Of a stretch of DNA of 64,000 bases, positions 54,575-64,000 are shown piece by piece. The stretch's first letter is position 1. Each line of letters opens with the position of its first letter. This stretch comes from Candidatus Marinacidobacterales bacterium (lineage in GTDB: Bacteria; Acidobacteriota; Vicinamibacteria; Marinacidobacterales; SMYC01), in the NCBI GenBank assembly GCA_965237955.1, contig OZ250169.1, forward strand, positions 3,424,001 to 3,488,000. Direction: 5' to 3'. Under the pieces are notes generated by a model that ran no database searches, had not been told where the DNA came from, and saw only the letters and a list, made by a program, of their open reading frames with translations. The position numbers and the translations under genes are program-made.

Positions 54575-56325
54575 GCTCTCGTCTCTACTCTTCCCAGCGT
54601 TTCGATGCGCCGAGCCAATGACAGGATCTCGGCGGTTAGGTTGTCGTCATCCGCGCCCTGGGCCAGTTCGGCCGTCAGGCGCGATAGTCGTCGTTTGAGG
54701 CGCTCTTTGCGAAGCCCGTTCAGGCAATCGCGAGCGCTTTGTCGGGGTCCCAGCGGTGAAGGCTCCGTCATGATGCGCGTCAGGTGATTCCTGAGCGCGT
54801 CCGGCTCGAGCCGGTCGAGGAGCCTGTCGGTACTGAGCGTTCCCGTTACTTTTTCTTCCTTCATTGCCCTTACAAGCGGGGCAGTCGTGAGCCCTTCCAG
54901 ATCCTCCTCCTCGATCTCGTCGAGGATGGCAGAGTCCTCCGGACTCGAAAGAATCCATCGAATGAGCTCCCGCTCCGCCAGCTTGACTGGCGGCGCCTCG
55001 ACCGCGGGCAGCTTGAACCGTGGGGCTTTCGTCTCGACGTGACGCCTTAGCTCATCCAGGACGGCTCCGTCCGTGATACCGGCGTACTCCGCGAGGGGGC
55101 CTACATAGCCAATTCGCTCCACTCGGTTCGGAATCTTTCCTATTACCGGCAAGACGTCATCCAAGAATGCCGCCTTGCCCCTCGGGTCCCCCACATCGTA
55201 GCGCTTCGAGGCTTCCCGGATCAAGAAGGCTACGAAAGAGCTCGCCTCGGATACCAGCTTCTGGTAGCGCTCCGCCCCCTCGGCCCGGACGAAGTTGTCG
55301 GGGTCGAGCCCGTCGGGGAGGATGAGGACGCGGACGTCGAAACCCTCCTCTAGAAGAAGGTCGATGCTTCTGCGTGCCGCCCGCATGCCGGCATCGTCGG
55401 GGTCGAAGTTCACGACGATCTTGTCGGTGTAGCGTTTCAGTAGCCGGGCGTGCCCGGAAGTGAGACTCGTCCCGCAGCAAGCCACCGCCTCGCCGATGCC
55501 GGCCTGATAGACCTGCAAGCAGTCCATGTAGCCTTCCATCAGGATCGCGGAGCCTTTCTTGCGGATGGCATCTTTGGCGCGGTGGAAACCGTACAGGACG
55601 GTGCTCTTGTGATAGATGGCGCTCTCGGGCGAGTTCAGATATTTGGGCTCACCGTCGCCGAGGATACGGCCGCCGAAAGCAATGGTACGCCCCATCTCGG
55701 AAGCGATCGGGATCATCACCCGGTTCCGGAAGCGGTCGTAGTGGCCCTGACCGCCCTTGCGGGGGATGGCCAATCCCGCCCGTTCGATGAGCTCCGCCCG
55801 GGCGCCTTTTCTGGTCAAGTGATCGAGCAGCGACGACCATTTGTCCGGGGCGAAACCGATGCCATAGTCGCGGATGGTCTCGTCGGTGAAATCTCTCTTT
55901 CTCAAGTACGCGATGGCGCGCGCGCCTTCGGGGGAGTGGTGGAGCCGCTCCTGATAAAACTTCGCCGCCTCGTCATGGATGCGGAGCAGAACCGAACGCT
56001 CCTTGTCTTCCTTTTGCGCCGGACCCGATCGCCTGGGCACTTGGAGGCCGGCGCGTCCCGCGAGCTGTTCGACGGATTCGACGAACGAAAGCTTGTCGTA
56101 GAGCATCAGGAACTTGAACGCGTCGCCGCCTTCGTTGCACCCGAAGCAGTGAAAGATTTTCCGCTCGGGGTTCACGTGGAACGAAGGTGTCTTCTCGTTG
56201 TGGAACGGGCACAAGCCTTTGAAGCTCTTTCCCGATGCTTTGAGAGGAACGTATCCCGAGACGACATTGACGATATCGGTCGAAGAGCGAACCAGCTCGA
56301 CGAAGTCCTGCGGGATTCCCGCCAT
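54571..56325 (-). CDS. dnaG: DNA primase
   Basis: [34 protein letters not shown]. Confidence 0.97.
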   Translation of the reverse strand: MAGIPQDFVELVRSSTDIVNVVSGYVPLKASGKSFKGLCPFHNEKTPSFHVNPERKIFHCFGCNEGGDAFKFLMLYDKLSFVESVEQLAGRAGLQVPRRSGPAQKEDKERSVLLRIHDEAAKFYQERLHHSPEGARAIAYLRKRDFTDETIRDYGIGFAPDKWSSLLDHLTRKGARAELIERAGLAIPRKGGQGHYDRFRNRVMIPIASEMGRTIAFGGRILGDGEPKYLNSPESAIYHKSTVLYGFHRAKDAIRKKGSAILMEGYMDCLQVYQAGIGEAVACCGTSLTSGHARLLKRYTDKIVVNFDPDDAGMRAARRSIDLLLEEGFDVRVLILPDGLDPDNFVRAEGAERYQKLVSEASSFVAFLIREASKRYDVGDPRGKAAFLDDVLPVIGKIPNRVERIGYVGPLAEYAGITDGAVLDELRRHVETKAPRFKLPAVEAPPVKLAERELIRWILSSPEDSAILDEIEEEDLEGLTTAPLVRAMKEEKVTGTLSTDRLLDRLEPDALRNHLTRIMTEPSPLGPRQSARDCLNGLRKERLKRRLSRLTAELAQGADDDNLTAEILSLARRIETLGRVETRA

Positions 56326-58673
56326 TAGTCCTTCAGCTCCACCACGGTGACGCCGCCACGGTTCTCGCTCTTTTGGTTCGCTACCTGAGCGTGTCCGGTG
56401 AGCCATTCTCTGAGAGCGGATTTCAATCGCCCGGTGCCGTGGCCGTGGATGAGCCGCACTTCGCGGTGCTCGCTCAAAAAAGCGTCGTCGAGAAACTTGT
56501 CCGCCCGTTCGAGGGCTTCTTCGACGGTGCACCCGATGAGGTTGAGCTCGTTCGGAACTTCTTTGAGCGTGAGCCCGTAGCTCGGATTCGACACCGGCCC
56601 CGATGATGGTGCCGTTGGGGCGCGCTCCGGCAGTGGCTCCAGGCTTTCGACGGGAAGTCGAAGTTTCTTGTCGCGGACGCGCACCTCGGCTTCGCCGCCT
56701 GCGACGAGCCGAATAATCTCGCCTTCCATGCCGAACGAGGCTACCAGAACCCGCATTCCCGGTTCGAGTCGGTCCGGGAGGATCGCGTCTTTCGGGGGAG
56801 CTTTCGCGAGAAGCGGCGCCGCTACTTCCTCGAGCTTTGAAGAAAGCTTGTTCTCGAGCTCGGTGAGGCGTGTGCTCTGTTCGGTGCGCGCGCGTTTTGC
56901 TTCGGCGACGAGCTCCCGGAGCTCCCCGCGGGTTTTCTCGAGCTCCTCCTCGAGCGATTCGCGAAAACTGTCGAGTTGTTTGCGGCGTTCGATACGTCCT
57001 TCGTCTTCTTCGACTTCGATACGGGCGCGCGCCGCCGATGCCGCGCGCCGCTCCTTCGCGATCTGTTCTTTGGCTTTTTCGAGCTCGGCGCTTTCGGCTT
57101 CCAACCGTTCGACGAGCTCTCCGACCTGGCGCTCCTGCTCGTTTTGGAGCTCGCGCGCCCGCGCCACGATCGGTTTGGGAAGCCCGAGACGCTCGGCCAT
57201 CTCGAACGCAAGGCTCCGTCCCGAAGCACCGTCGACAATCTCGTACGTGGGCTCATACGTTTTTGGATCGAATTGGAACGAGGCCGGGTCGATACCGTCG
57301 GTCGTGCTCGCGTACGCCTTGAGAAGTCCATGGTGTGTCGATGCGATCACGAGCGCGCCTCGCTCGAGAAAATGCTCGACGAGAGCGGTCCCGAGTGCTC
57401 CACCTTCAGCCGGGTCGGTGCCGGTTCCCACTTCGTCGAGAATGACGAGGGCCGGAAGCTCGAGCTCGCGCTCCATGGCCACGACCTTGGCGAGGTGCGC
57501 CGAGAACGTCGACAAGTTGGATGCGATCGACTGGTCATCGCCGATGTCGGCGAAGATAGAACGGAACACGGGAAACGAGCTATCGGATGAGGCGGGCACA
57601 TGAAGACCCGCCTGGGCCATGAGACTCAAGAGTCCGGCCGTTTTCAGAGCAACGGTTTTGCCACCGGTGTTCGGTCCGGTGAACACGAGGCCTCGACGTC
57701 CGGCCGACAGATGAAAACTGATTGGAACCGCGTTCTCGAGCAGCGGATGGCGCGCGTCGACCAATCGAAGTTGAGATGCGGCGATTCCGGGCGCGTGGCC
57801 GCGTTGTTGGGCGGAAAGGCGCCCTTTCGCCTGGACGAGATCGATTTCGGTCACGATGAGACTGGCTTCAGAAAGCTCCGGTCGCGACGGACGGATCTTG
57901 GTCGTGACAGCCGCGAGAATCCGGCGCACTTCCTCGTTCTCTTGATCTTGGACGGACGCAATCTCGTTTCCGATCTCGACTCCGGCCATGGGCTCGACGA
58001 AAAGAGTCGCGCCGCTCGCTGACGAACCGTGGACGATGCCGGGGAACTTGGATTTACATTCGGCCTTGATGGGAACGACCGGGCGTCCGTTTCTCGTGGT
58101 GACGATGGCCTCTTGCAGGATCTTGGCGTTGTCGCGCGAGGCGAGCGTCGAATCCAACAGTTTTTGAAGCCGCTTTTTCAGCCGGGCGTTTTTCGCGCGC
58201 AGCTTGGCGAGCTTGTCGCTCGCGTTGTCGCGAACTTCTCCTTCGTCGACGTCAATGAGGATGACGCGCTTGATGTCCGATTGAAGCGTTTCGAGCGTAG
58301 GGATGTTTCCCGCGAGCTCGGCGAGGCGAGGCGTTTCATCGTTACATTGGCCGAGGTTCTTGCGCACACGGTTGGCTGTTGCGGCGAACATGGCGAGCGC
58401 GACGAGATCGTCGACGCCCAAGACGCGGCCTTCGATTCGGAGAAGATCCAGCGCCGGCTCGACGTCGGGAAGACCCGCTAGAGAGACGGTGTCGCTCTCA
58501 TCGTGCAAGCGCCGCGCTTCGGAGGTCGCCTCGAGGTCTTCGCTAACGCTTCCCGGGTCGGTCGAGGCCACGAGAGCGAGAGCTTTGGCCTTTCCCGGCT
58601 CGCTCTCGGCACATTTGGCGAGAGCTTCGCGGATGCTATCGAACTCGAGTACGGCGTATGCGCTTTCGTTCAT
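56325..58673 (-). CDS. mutS2: Endonuclease MutS2
   Basis: TGPNTGGKT, STFSAH, DEVGTGTDP, KOW, Smr 'IHGHGTG'. Confidence 0.95.
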   Translation of the reverse strand: MNESAYAVLEFDSIREALAKCAESEPGKAKALALVASTDPGSVSEDLEATSEARRLHDESDTVSLAGLPDVEPALDLLRIEGRVLGVDDLVALAMFAATANRVRKNLGQCNDETPRLAELAGNIPTLETLQSDIKRVILIDVDEGEVRDNASDKLAKLRAKNARLKKRLQKLLDSTLASRDNAKILQEAIVTTRNGRPVVPIKAECKSKFPGIVHGSSASGATLFVEPMAGVEIGNEIASVQDQENEEVRRILAAVTTKIRPSRPELSEASLIVTEIDLVQAKGRLSAQQRGHAPGIAASQLRLVDARHPLLENAVPISFHLSAGRRGLVFTGPNTGGKTVALKTAGLLSLMAQAGLHVPASSDSSFPVFRSIFADIGDDQSIASNLSTFSAHLAKVVAMERELELPALVILDEVGTGTDPAEGGALGTALVEHFLERGALVIASTHHGLLKAYASTTDGIDPASFQFDPKTYEPTYEIVDGASGRSLAFEMAERLGLPKPIVARARELQNEQERQVGELVERLEAESAELEKAKEQIAKERRAASAARARIEVEEDEGRIERRKQLDSFRESLEEELEKTRGELRELVAEAKRARTEQSTRLTELENKLSSKLEEVAAPLLAKAPPKDAILPDRLEPGMRVLVASFGMEGEIIRLVAGGEAEVRVRDKKLRLPVESLEPLPERAPTAPSSGPVSNPSYGLTLKEVPNELNLIGCTVEEALERADKFLDDAFLSEHREVRLIHGHGTGRLKSALREWLTGHAQVANQKSENRGGVTVVELKD

Positions 58674-58825
58674 CGGCCATGGGCTCGGGAAGTCCCCTCG
58701 AAATGAACGAGGTGTATTGTTGTCAACGGTTTACAGTGACACCCCACCCGCCTCAAAGCAGGTCGAACCCGATCGTTTGAATTTACCACGCTGAGCTTCC
58801 AGCCGCCAGTTGTGCGCTTTCGATG

Positions 58826-58915
58826 CGCCATCAGGGCATCGGCCGTCACCGATCGGCTTTGCCCTGCTGGTCCGTCTCGTTCCTGCTGATGGCCGATGGC
58901 CGATGGCCGATGGCG
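58826..58915. repeat. 7-bp tandem palindromic repeat (family B), overlapping the larB 3' end
   Basis: gccatcagggcatcggccgtca ... tgatggccgatggccgatggccgatggc. Confidence 0.75.
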
Positions 58916-59655
58916 GCTCGACAAAAAATCCCCACCATGTAACCCGCGCCAAACCCGTTGTCGATATTCACGACCGCAACACCTGGCGAGCATCCGTTCA
59001 GCATCGCGAGAAGCGCCGAGAGGCCTTGGAACGACGCGCCGTAGCCGACGCTCGTGGGGACGGCGATGACGGGTGCGTCGGTCAGCCCGGAGACGACGCT
59101 CGGAAGGGCGCCGTCCATACCGGCGACGACTACGAGCACATCCGAGTCCGTCAATGCTTTCTGATGGGCGAGCAGGCGATGGAGCCCGGCCACGCCGACG
59201 TCGAACACCCGCTCGACGTTGACGCCCATGAGCTCAGCCGTGAGAGCTGCTTCCTCCGCGACGCCGATGTCCGACGTGCCCGCGGACAAAATCGCCGCGC
59301 TACCGTTTCGCTCTGCCGGAAGCTCACCGACGATGATCGCACGCGCATCGGCCCTCCAGTGCGCGCCGGTCGTTTTCGCGGCGACCGCTTCGAAGGCTTC
59401 CTTCGTCGTCTTCGTCACGAGGACCGGTTGCCCGGCGTGCGCGAGCCGTTGCGCGATCTCGGCGATTTGTTCGGGGGTTTTCCCCGGACCGAACACGACT
59501 TCGGGAAAACCGCGACGGAGCGCTCGATGGTGATCGACTTTGGCGAACCCGAGATCTTCGAAGCCCAAGACCCGGAGCTTCTCGGTCGCCTCGTCGGCGG
59601 TGACCTCGCCGCGCTCGACGTCTTTCAGGATCTCGCGCAGACGCTCGGGGCTCAT
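58846..59655 (-). CDS. larB: NPN cofactor biosynthesis carboxylase LarB
   Basis: DHHRALRRGFPEVV, AGTSD, DVGVAGLHR, AGMDGALPS, PTSVGYG, VNIDNGFGA. Confidence 0.92.
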   Translation of the reverse strand: MSPERLREILKDVERGEVTADEATEKLRVLGFEDLGFAKVDHHRALRRGFPEVVFGPGKTPEQIAEIAQRLAHAGQPVLVTKTTKEAFEAVAAKTTGAHWRADARAIIVGELPAERNGSAAILSAGTSDIGVAEEAALTAELMGVNVERVFDVGVAGLHRLLAHQKALTDSDVLVVVAGMDGALPSVVSGLTDAPVIAVPTSVGYGASFQGLSALLAMLNGCSPGVAVVNIDNGFGAGYMVGIFCRAAIGHRPSAISRNETDQQGKADR

Positions 59656-60971
59656 GGCGGTGAGTTTAGTCCAATGAAGGCTCTGAGCGCGCCCCGCTCC
59701 CGCCACGCGCTCCCCATCGCGAGCACGAAGAACGGAACGTACTCGAGGAGCTTCACCCAAATGACGTCTTCCCACGGTTGTCCCGGCGTCGCGAGGTACG
59801 CGGAGTGATACGCGAGGGCCACGCTCAACGTGAGGTAGAGCCAGGCCGGGCTCGCGTAGATCGCGAGGAATGGCGCGATCCACAGGAGATACCAGGGATG
59901 CACCGTCGTCGTCAGGAGGAGAATGGCGCCGAGCGTCAGGTACGAGCTTCGCAGTGGATTCGCTTTCATCGCCACGAGGACGAGGACCATGGTGACGAGA
60001 AACGCGCCTATTACAATCTTCGCGGTGTCGAGAGAGCCGGTCACGTAATAAAGGATGTGGAACAGACCGTCGTTGCCGCGCCACCGCAATCCATACTGTG
60101 TCAGGCCGCGGAAGGCGAGGCTTCCTGCACTTGCGTAGGGCAACGCGAGCAAAACCGACACGAGTGGCATCACGAACAGCGCACGGACGCTGAGCGATCG
60201 AAGCCAAAGCGGCGTCAAGGTAAACCCCACGATCTTGCCCATCCCGGATAGCGTCAACAGGAATATCGACAAAGATTGACGGTTGTGCACGATCGCGGAG
60301 AGCGCGGCCATCAGACAGAGTACGGCCAGCGCGTCGTTGTGACCGCTACCGGCCACCTCGACGATGACCAGGGGGCTCCATGCATAAATCAGGGCCCGGA
60401 CGGGATTGAGCCCCAACGCACCCAGTAGCTGCATCAGGACGAACACCAAAGCGAGGTCGGCGAGGACGAAAAATAGTTTCATCCACGCGACGCTCGTCGA
60501 CACCGCTGTGGCGGCGAAAAACGCGATCTGCATGAAGGGCGGGTAGATGGTTGGAATATCCTTGTTGTTGATGCGGGCGAAGTTGCGCTCGTGCCCATCC
60601 CGGAGAAATGCGAGCTCTTGCTCCTCGGGTGCATAGAGGTAGGGGTTGATCCCGGCGTGTTGGACCCGGCCGTCCCAAACGTAGCGAAAGATGTCGTCTG
60701 AGAGAAGCGGCTCGGTCGAGAGAAACGGCACGCGTAAGACCACCGCGACGAGGATGACGAGTCTGCGACGGGCGCGCGTGTCCGATGGGTCGGCCACGGC
60801 GTAATAACTCGCGACGAGCCAGGTCGCGCCCATGGCGAAATACGAAGCGAGGTAAAGAGGGTATGTCGTTTCACGATCGACGACCCGAGCCGCGAGAACG
60901 GCGAACAAAAGCTCGACGAGACCCAAGGTGGCGAGAATGGCTGTGCCACGAGAAAGTGTGGTGATCTTCAT
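59652..60971 (-). CDS. Polytopic GT-C glycosyltransferase (GT87-like)
   Basis: LSDDIFRYVWDG, TIYPP, AWSPL..E.AGSGHND, VHPWY. Confidence 0.8.
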   Translation of the reverse strand: MKITTLSRGTAILATLGLVELLFAVLAARVVDRETTYPLYLASYFAMGATWLVASYYAVADPSDTRARRRLVILVAVVLRVPFLSTEPLLSDDIFRYVWDGRVQHAGINPYLYAPEEQELAFLRDGHERNFARINNKDIPTIYPPFMQIAFFAATAVSTSVAWMKLFFVLADLALVFVLMQLLGALGLNPVRALIYAWSPLVIVEVAGSGHNDALAVLCLMAALSAIVHNRQSLSIFLLTLSGMGKIVGFTLTPLWLRSLSVRALFVMPLVSVLLALPYASAGSLAFRGLTQYGLRWRGNDGLFHILYYVTGSLDTAKIVIGAFLVTMVLVLVAMKANPLRSSYLTLGAILLLTTTVHPWYLLWIAPFLAIYASPAWLYLTLSVALAYHSAYLATPGQPWEDVIWVKLLEYVPFFVLAMGSAWRERGALRAFIGLNSPP

Positions 60972-61003
60972 TTGGGCCTTGTGAAAAGACAGTCTACGAT
61001 ACG

Positions 61004-62536
61004 ATGATGGTCGGAATGGACACGCTTCTGCTCACCGCCTATTTCGCGGTCCTGCTCGCTCTCGCCGTGCTCGGGATGCATCGCTACCTGATGGTGTTCC
61101 TCTACTACCGTTATCGGCATCGTCGGCCGGTCCCGGGTGCTCGCTTCGATATTAGCGGGGAGCTCCCCCGAGTCACCGTCCAGCTACCCGTGTACAACGA
61201 ATTGTACGTGGTCGAGCGGCTCATCGATGCCGTCAGCGCGCTCGACTATCCCCGAGACCGGCTCGAGATCCAGGTGCTCGACGATTCGACCGATGAAACC
61301 GCGGACGTGGCGCGCCGGAGATGCGAGCACCATCGTGAGCGAGGCGTCGACATCCACTACCTTGACCGAGAAGACCGCACTGGCTTCAAGGCTGGTGCAT
61401 TAGCCGCGGGGCTCGAGACGGCGAGCGGTGAGCTCATCGCGATCTTCGATGCTGATTTCGTTCCCGGAGAATCGTTTCTGCAGGACACGGTCCACTATTT
61501 CACCGACGATGACGTCGGCATGGTGCAAGCTCGTTGGGGACATCTGAATCGCGACTACTCGCTGCTCACGCGGGTACAGACGATTTTGCTCGATGCGCAC
61601 TTCGTCTTGGAGCACGGCGGGCGGAATCGCTCGCGGTGCTTTTTCAATTTCAACGGAACCGCGGGCGTGTGGCGCCGCGAGGCGATCGATACGGCAGGAG
61701 GCTGGCAGCACGATACGCTCACCGAAGATATGGACCTCTCGTATCGGGCGCAGCTTCGCGGATGGCGTTTCGTGTTCCTCCCCGACGTCGTGGCCCCGGC
61801 CGAGATTCCAGTGGCGATGAACGCGTTCAAAAGCCAGCAGCACCGCTGGTCCAAGGGATCGATTCAAACGGCGAGGAAGCTCCTTCCCAAGATACTGGCG
61901 AGTCCGCTACCGCTTCGCGTCAAGATCGAAGCGGTTTTCCACTTGTCGGCGAATCTCGCGTACCCGTTGATGGTGGCGTTGTCGCTTCTGATATTCCCGA
62001 GCCTGCTCGTGCGGTTCAACATGGGCTGGCACGAGATGCTGCTGTTCGACGTTCCGCTGTTTTTCGCGGCAACGATGTCGGTCACGAGCTTCTATGTCGT
62101 GTCCCAGCGTGAGATTTACCGCGACTGGAGGAGGCGTCTGAAAGTGCTGCCGATGCTGTTCTCGCTCGGAATCGGCATGTGCCTCAATAACGCCAAGGCG
62201 GTGATGGAAGCCCTCCTGGGCAAGGAGTCCGGCTTCGTGCGCACGCCGAAATATCGGATCGAGTCGACCGAAGACAGCTGGCAGATCAAGCGATACCGCG
62301 GCCGGAAGAGCTACTTGCCCTACGTCGAGCTCGCCCTCGGCTTCTATTTCACCGCCACCGTGGCCTACGCGGTGGTGAACCAAATCTACGGCTCGATACC
62401 CTTTTTGGTGCTGTTCCAAGTAGGTTTTCTGTACACGGGCGCGCTTTCCCTGTTGGAGAATCGGGAGTCTAGGGAACGCCGCGTGGCTTTCACCATCCAG
62501 CATTCAGCATCCAGCATCCAGCCGACCCGTTCTTAG
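61004..62536 (+). CDS. Processive GT2 (cellulose synthase-like)
   Basis: QLPVYNE, DDSTD, KAGAL, FDADF, TED, QQHRW. Confidence 0.9.
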   Translation: MMVGMDTLLLTAYFAVLLALAVLGMHRYLMVFLYYRYRHRRPVPGARFDISGELPRVTVQLPVYNELYVVERLIDAVSALDYPRDRLEIQVLDDSTDETADVARRRCEHHRERGVDIHYLDREDRTGFKAGALAAGLETASGELIAIFDADFVPGESFLQDTVHYFTDDDVGMVQARWGHLNRDYSLLTRVQTILLDAHFVLEHGGRNRSRCFFNFNGTAGVWRREAIDTAGGWQHDTLTEDMDLSYRAQLRGWRFVFLPDVVAPAEIPVAMNAFKSQQHRWSKGSIQTARKLLPKILASPLPLRVKIEAVFHLSANLAYPLMVALSLLIFPSLLVRFNMGWHEMLLFDVPLFFAATMSVTSFYVVSQREIYRDWRRRLKVLPMLFSLGIGMCLNNAKAVMEALLGKESGFVRTPKYRIESTEDSWQIKRYRGRKSYLPYVELALGFYFTATVAYAVVNQIYGSIPFLVLFQVGFLYTGALSLLENRESRERRVAFTIQHSASSIQPTRS

Positions 62537-62640
62537 GGAGAGCGACCTGACATACCGGCTCGCCCCCAACCTTGCACCTCAGGCCTTCTAACCGGCATCT
62601 GCGTTGGATCGACTGAAACCTGGATGCTGGATGCTGGACT
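62494..62640. repeat. 7-bp tandem palindromic repeat (family C, CATCCAG/CTGGATG)
   Basis: catccagcattcagcatccagcatccag ... ctggatgctggatgctgga. Confidence 0.75.
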
Positions 62641-62656
62641 GAGGTACACTCCGCTC

Positions 62657-63256
62657 GTGAATCGGGACCTCGTTTTCTTCGTCGCGGGACTGTGTTTCGG
62701 CATCGTCGCGGGTTTTTTCGTGTTCCGCGCGGTCGTAGCGCCGGACGCCGCAACAGGTGTCGCATCAGCCCCGTCGAGCCCCGATCGCTCTCAAATCGGT
62801 CTCGAAAGCGAGTCTCGAAACAAACCTCTCGACAGGGACGAGGTCGAAAGGCTCGAAGCAAGCGCGAAGCAGAATCCGAACGATGCCGCCGTCCGCGCCG
62901 AGCTTGGAAGTCTGTACATGGACGCGGGTCGCTACGACGATGCCGCCGCGTGGCTTGCGAGCGCTCTCGAGCTCGAGCCTCGAAACCTGCACGCGCGCAA
63001 TCATCTCGCTTCGTCCTTGCTCAACCTGGGACGTCTGAACGATGCGGTAGCGACGTATGAGGAGACACTTCGTCTCGAGCCTGAGCATCCGGCAAGCCTC
63101 CTCGGGCTCGGCCGCGTGAGGCTCTACGTTCAGCAGGACATCGACGGCGGCTTGGCCATGTGGGAGAGACTCATCGCGGTGGCGCCGAGCTCGACGGAAG
63201 CTCAAAGCGTTCGCGACGAGCTCGAGGCGCTCAAGTCGGCGCATCCCGGGAGTTGA
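62657..63256 (+). CDS. Membrane-anchored TPR protein
   Basis: N-terminal TM, three to four TPR motifs. Confidence 0.85.
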   Translation: MNRDLVFFVAGLCFGIVAGFFVFRAVVAPDAATGVASAPSSPDRSQIGLESESRNKPLDRDEVERLEASAKQNPNDAAVRAELGSLYMDAGRYDDAAAWLASALELEPRNLHARNHLASSLLNLGRLNDAVATYEETLRLEPEHPASLLGLGRVRLYVQQDIDGGLAMWERLIAVAPSSTEAQSVRDELEALKSAHPGS

Positions 63257-63259
63257 CGC

Positions 63260-63535
63260 GTGAGCCGCTTTCTCTATTTCCTGTTGCTCTTGTTCCTGGC
63301 GCGTCTTCTGTGGAATGCCGTTTCCGGCTTGCTCGCGGGAGAGGCGCGCCGCCAAATGGGCGCGAGGGGACGAGAGGAGCGCGCTCCGCATACGATCCAC
63401 AAAGGCCTGATGGTGCGCGATCCCGTCTGCGGGCTGCACCTTCCCGAGAACCGCGCGATCACCGAGGTCCTCGCGGGCGAGTGTTATCACTTCTGTTCCG
63501 AGCGTTGCCGCCAGAGTTTTTTGAAGGCCAGCTAG
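63260..63535 (+). CDS. YHS/TRASH-domain protein
   Basis: DPVCG..YHFCSERC after an N-terminal TM. Confidence 0.85.
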   Translation: MSRFLYFLLLLFLARLLWNAVSGLLAGEARRQMGARGREERAPHTIHKGLMVRDPVCGLHLPENRAITEVLAGECYHFCSERCRQSFLKAS

Positions 63536-63539
63536 GATC

Positions 63540-64000
63540 ATGTCCCTCGGTAAGACCATAGACGAGCTCAAAGAAGACATTTGTGAAGTCGGACGCCGCC
63601 TCTACCAGCACGGCTTCATCGCCGCCGGCGAGGGTAACGTCAGCATTCGCCTTTCGGACAACGAGCTCATGGGGACACCCGCCGGGACGTGCAAGGGCTA
63701 CTTGACGCCGGACATGATCTCGACGTGCGACATGGAGGGAAATACCTTGACGGGTCCGCCGGTCTCGACCGAGATCCAAATGCACATCTCGGTCTACAAG
63801 GCGCGGCCCGACGTCAAGGCGGTGACGCATGCTCATCCGCCGAAGTGCACCGGTTTTGCGGTCGCGGGGGTTCCGTTGAACCGTGCGGTGTTGGCCGAGG
63901 TCGTCGTGACCCTCGGCTGCGTCCCGCTCGCCGAGTACGGCACGCCGTCGACGCAGGAGCTCGCCGACTCGGTCGATCGTTTGATCCGGACCTCGGACGG
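63540..64000 (+). CDS. Class II aldolase/adducin family protein (partial, runs off the window)
   Basis: Manual translation: EDICEVGRRLY..EGNVS..STEIQMH..HAHP..YGTPST. Confidence 0.88.
   Translation, partial: MSLGKTIDELKEDICEVGRRLYQHGFIAAGEGNVSIRLSDNELMGTPAGTCKGYLTPDMISTCDMEGNTLTGPPVSTEIQMHISVYKARPDVKAVTHAHPPKCTGFAVAGVPLNRAVLAEVVVTLGCVPLAEYGTPSTQELADSVDRLIRTSD

Noticed and set aside
52778-54787. 669-aa + strand ORF
   Set aside because: Antisense shadow of rpoD, common in high-GC genomes; no motifs

Overview
High-GC bacterial chromosomal window. Gene content and repeat style suggest Acidobacteriota, but that is inference only. The housekeeping backbone comprises an ABC-2 exporter operon, lpxC, a GyrA-box-less type IIA topoisomerase pair (parC-parE-like), asmA-like and GT2 genes, a divergent ychF, a dcw cluster (mraZ to ftsZ, without ddl), rpoD-dnaG-mutS2 with a tRNA-Ile(CAT), larB and glycosyltransferases. 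Mobile DNA interrupts it in several places. Two direct-repeat IS5 (IS903-like) copies bracket a foreign-looking peptidase fragment (4.5-8.0 kb). An accessory zone after ftsZ (39-47.7 kb) holds an ISAzo13, a Tn3 remnant inside a kinase pseudogene, an IS630 and a related 133-bp MITE, a DUF222-like HNH gene and a VapBC pair. An ISL3 with an 8-bp TSD splits pgeF. The most intriguing items are (1) a secreted S1/P1-nuclease-like protein that has lost most Zn ligands, heading a putative operon with an ECF sigma coupled to a STAS protein; (2) a highly structured ~480-nt ISL3 leader; (3) a histone-like tail with a QLSF clamp-type motif on ParC; (4) a CTG start for ftsA; (5) four families of tandem-unit palindromic intergenic repeats. 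Many single-base frameshifts fall in short homopolymers and may be sequencing errors.
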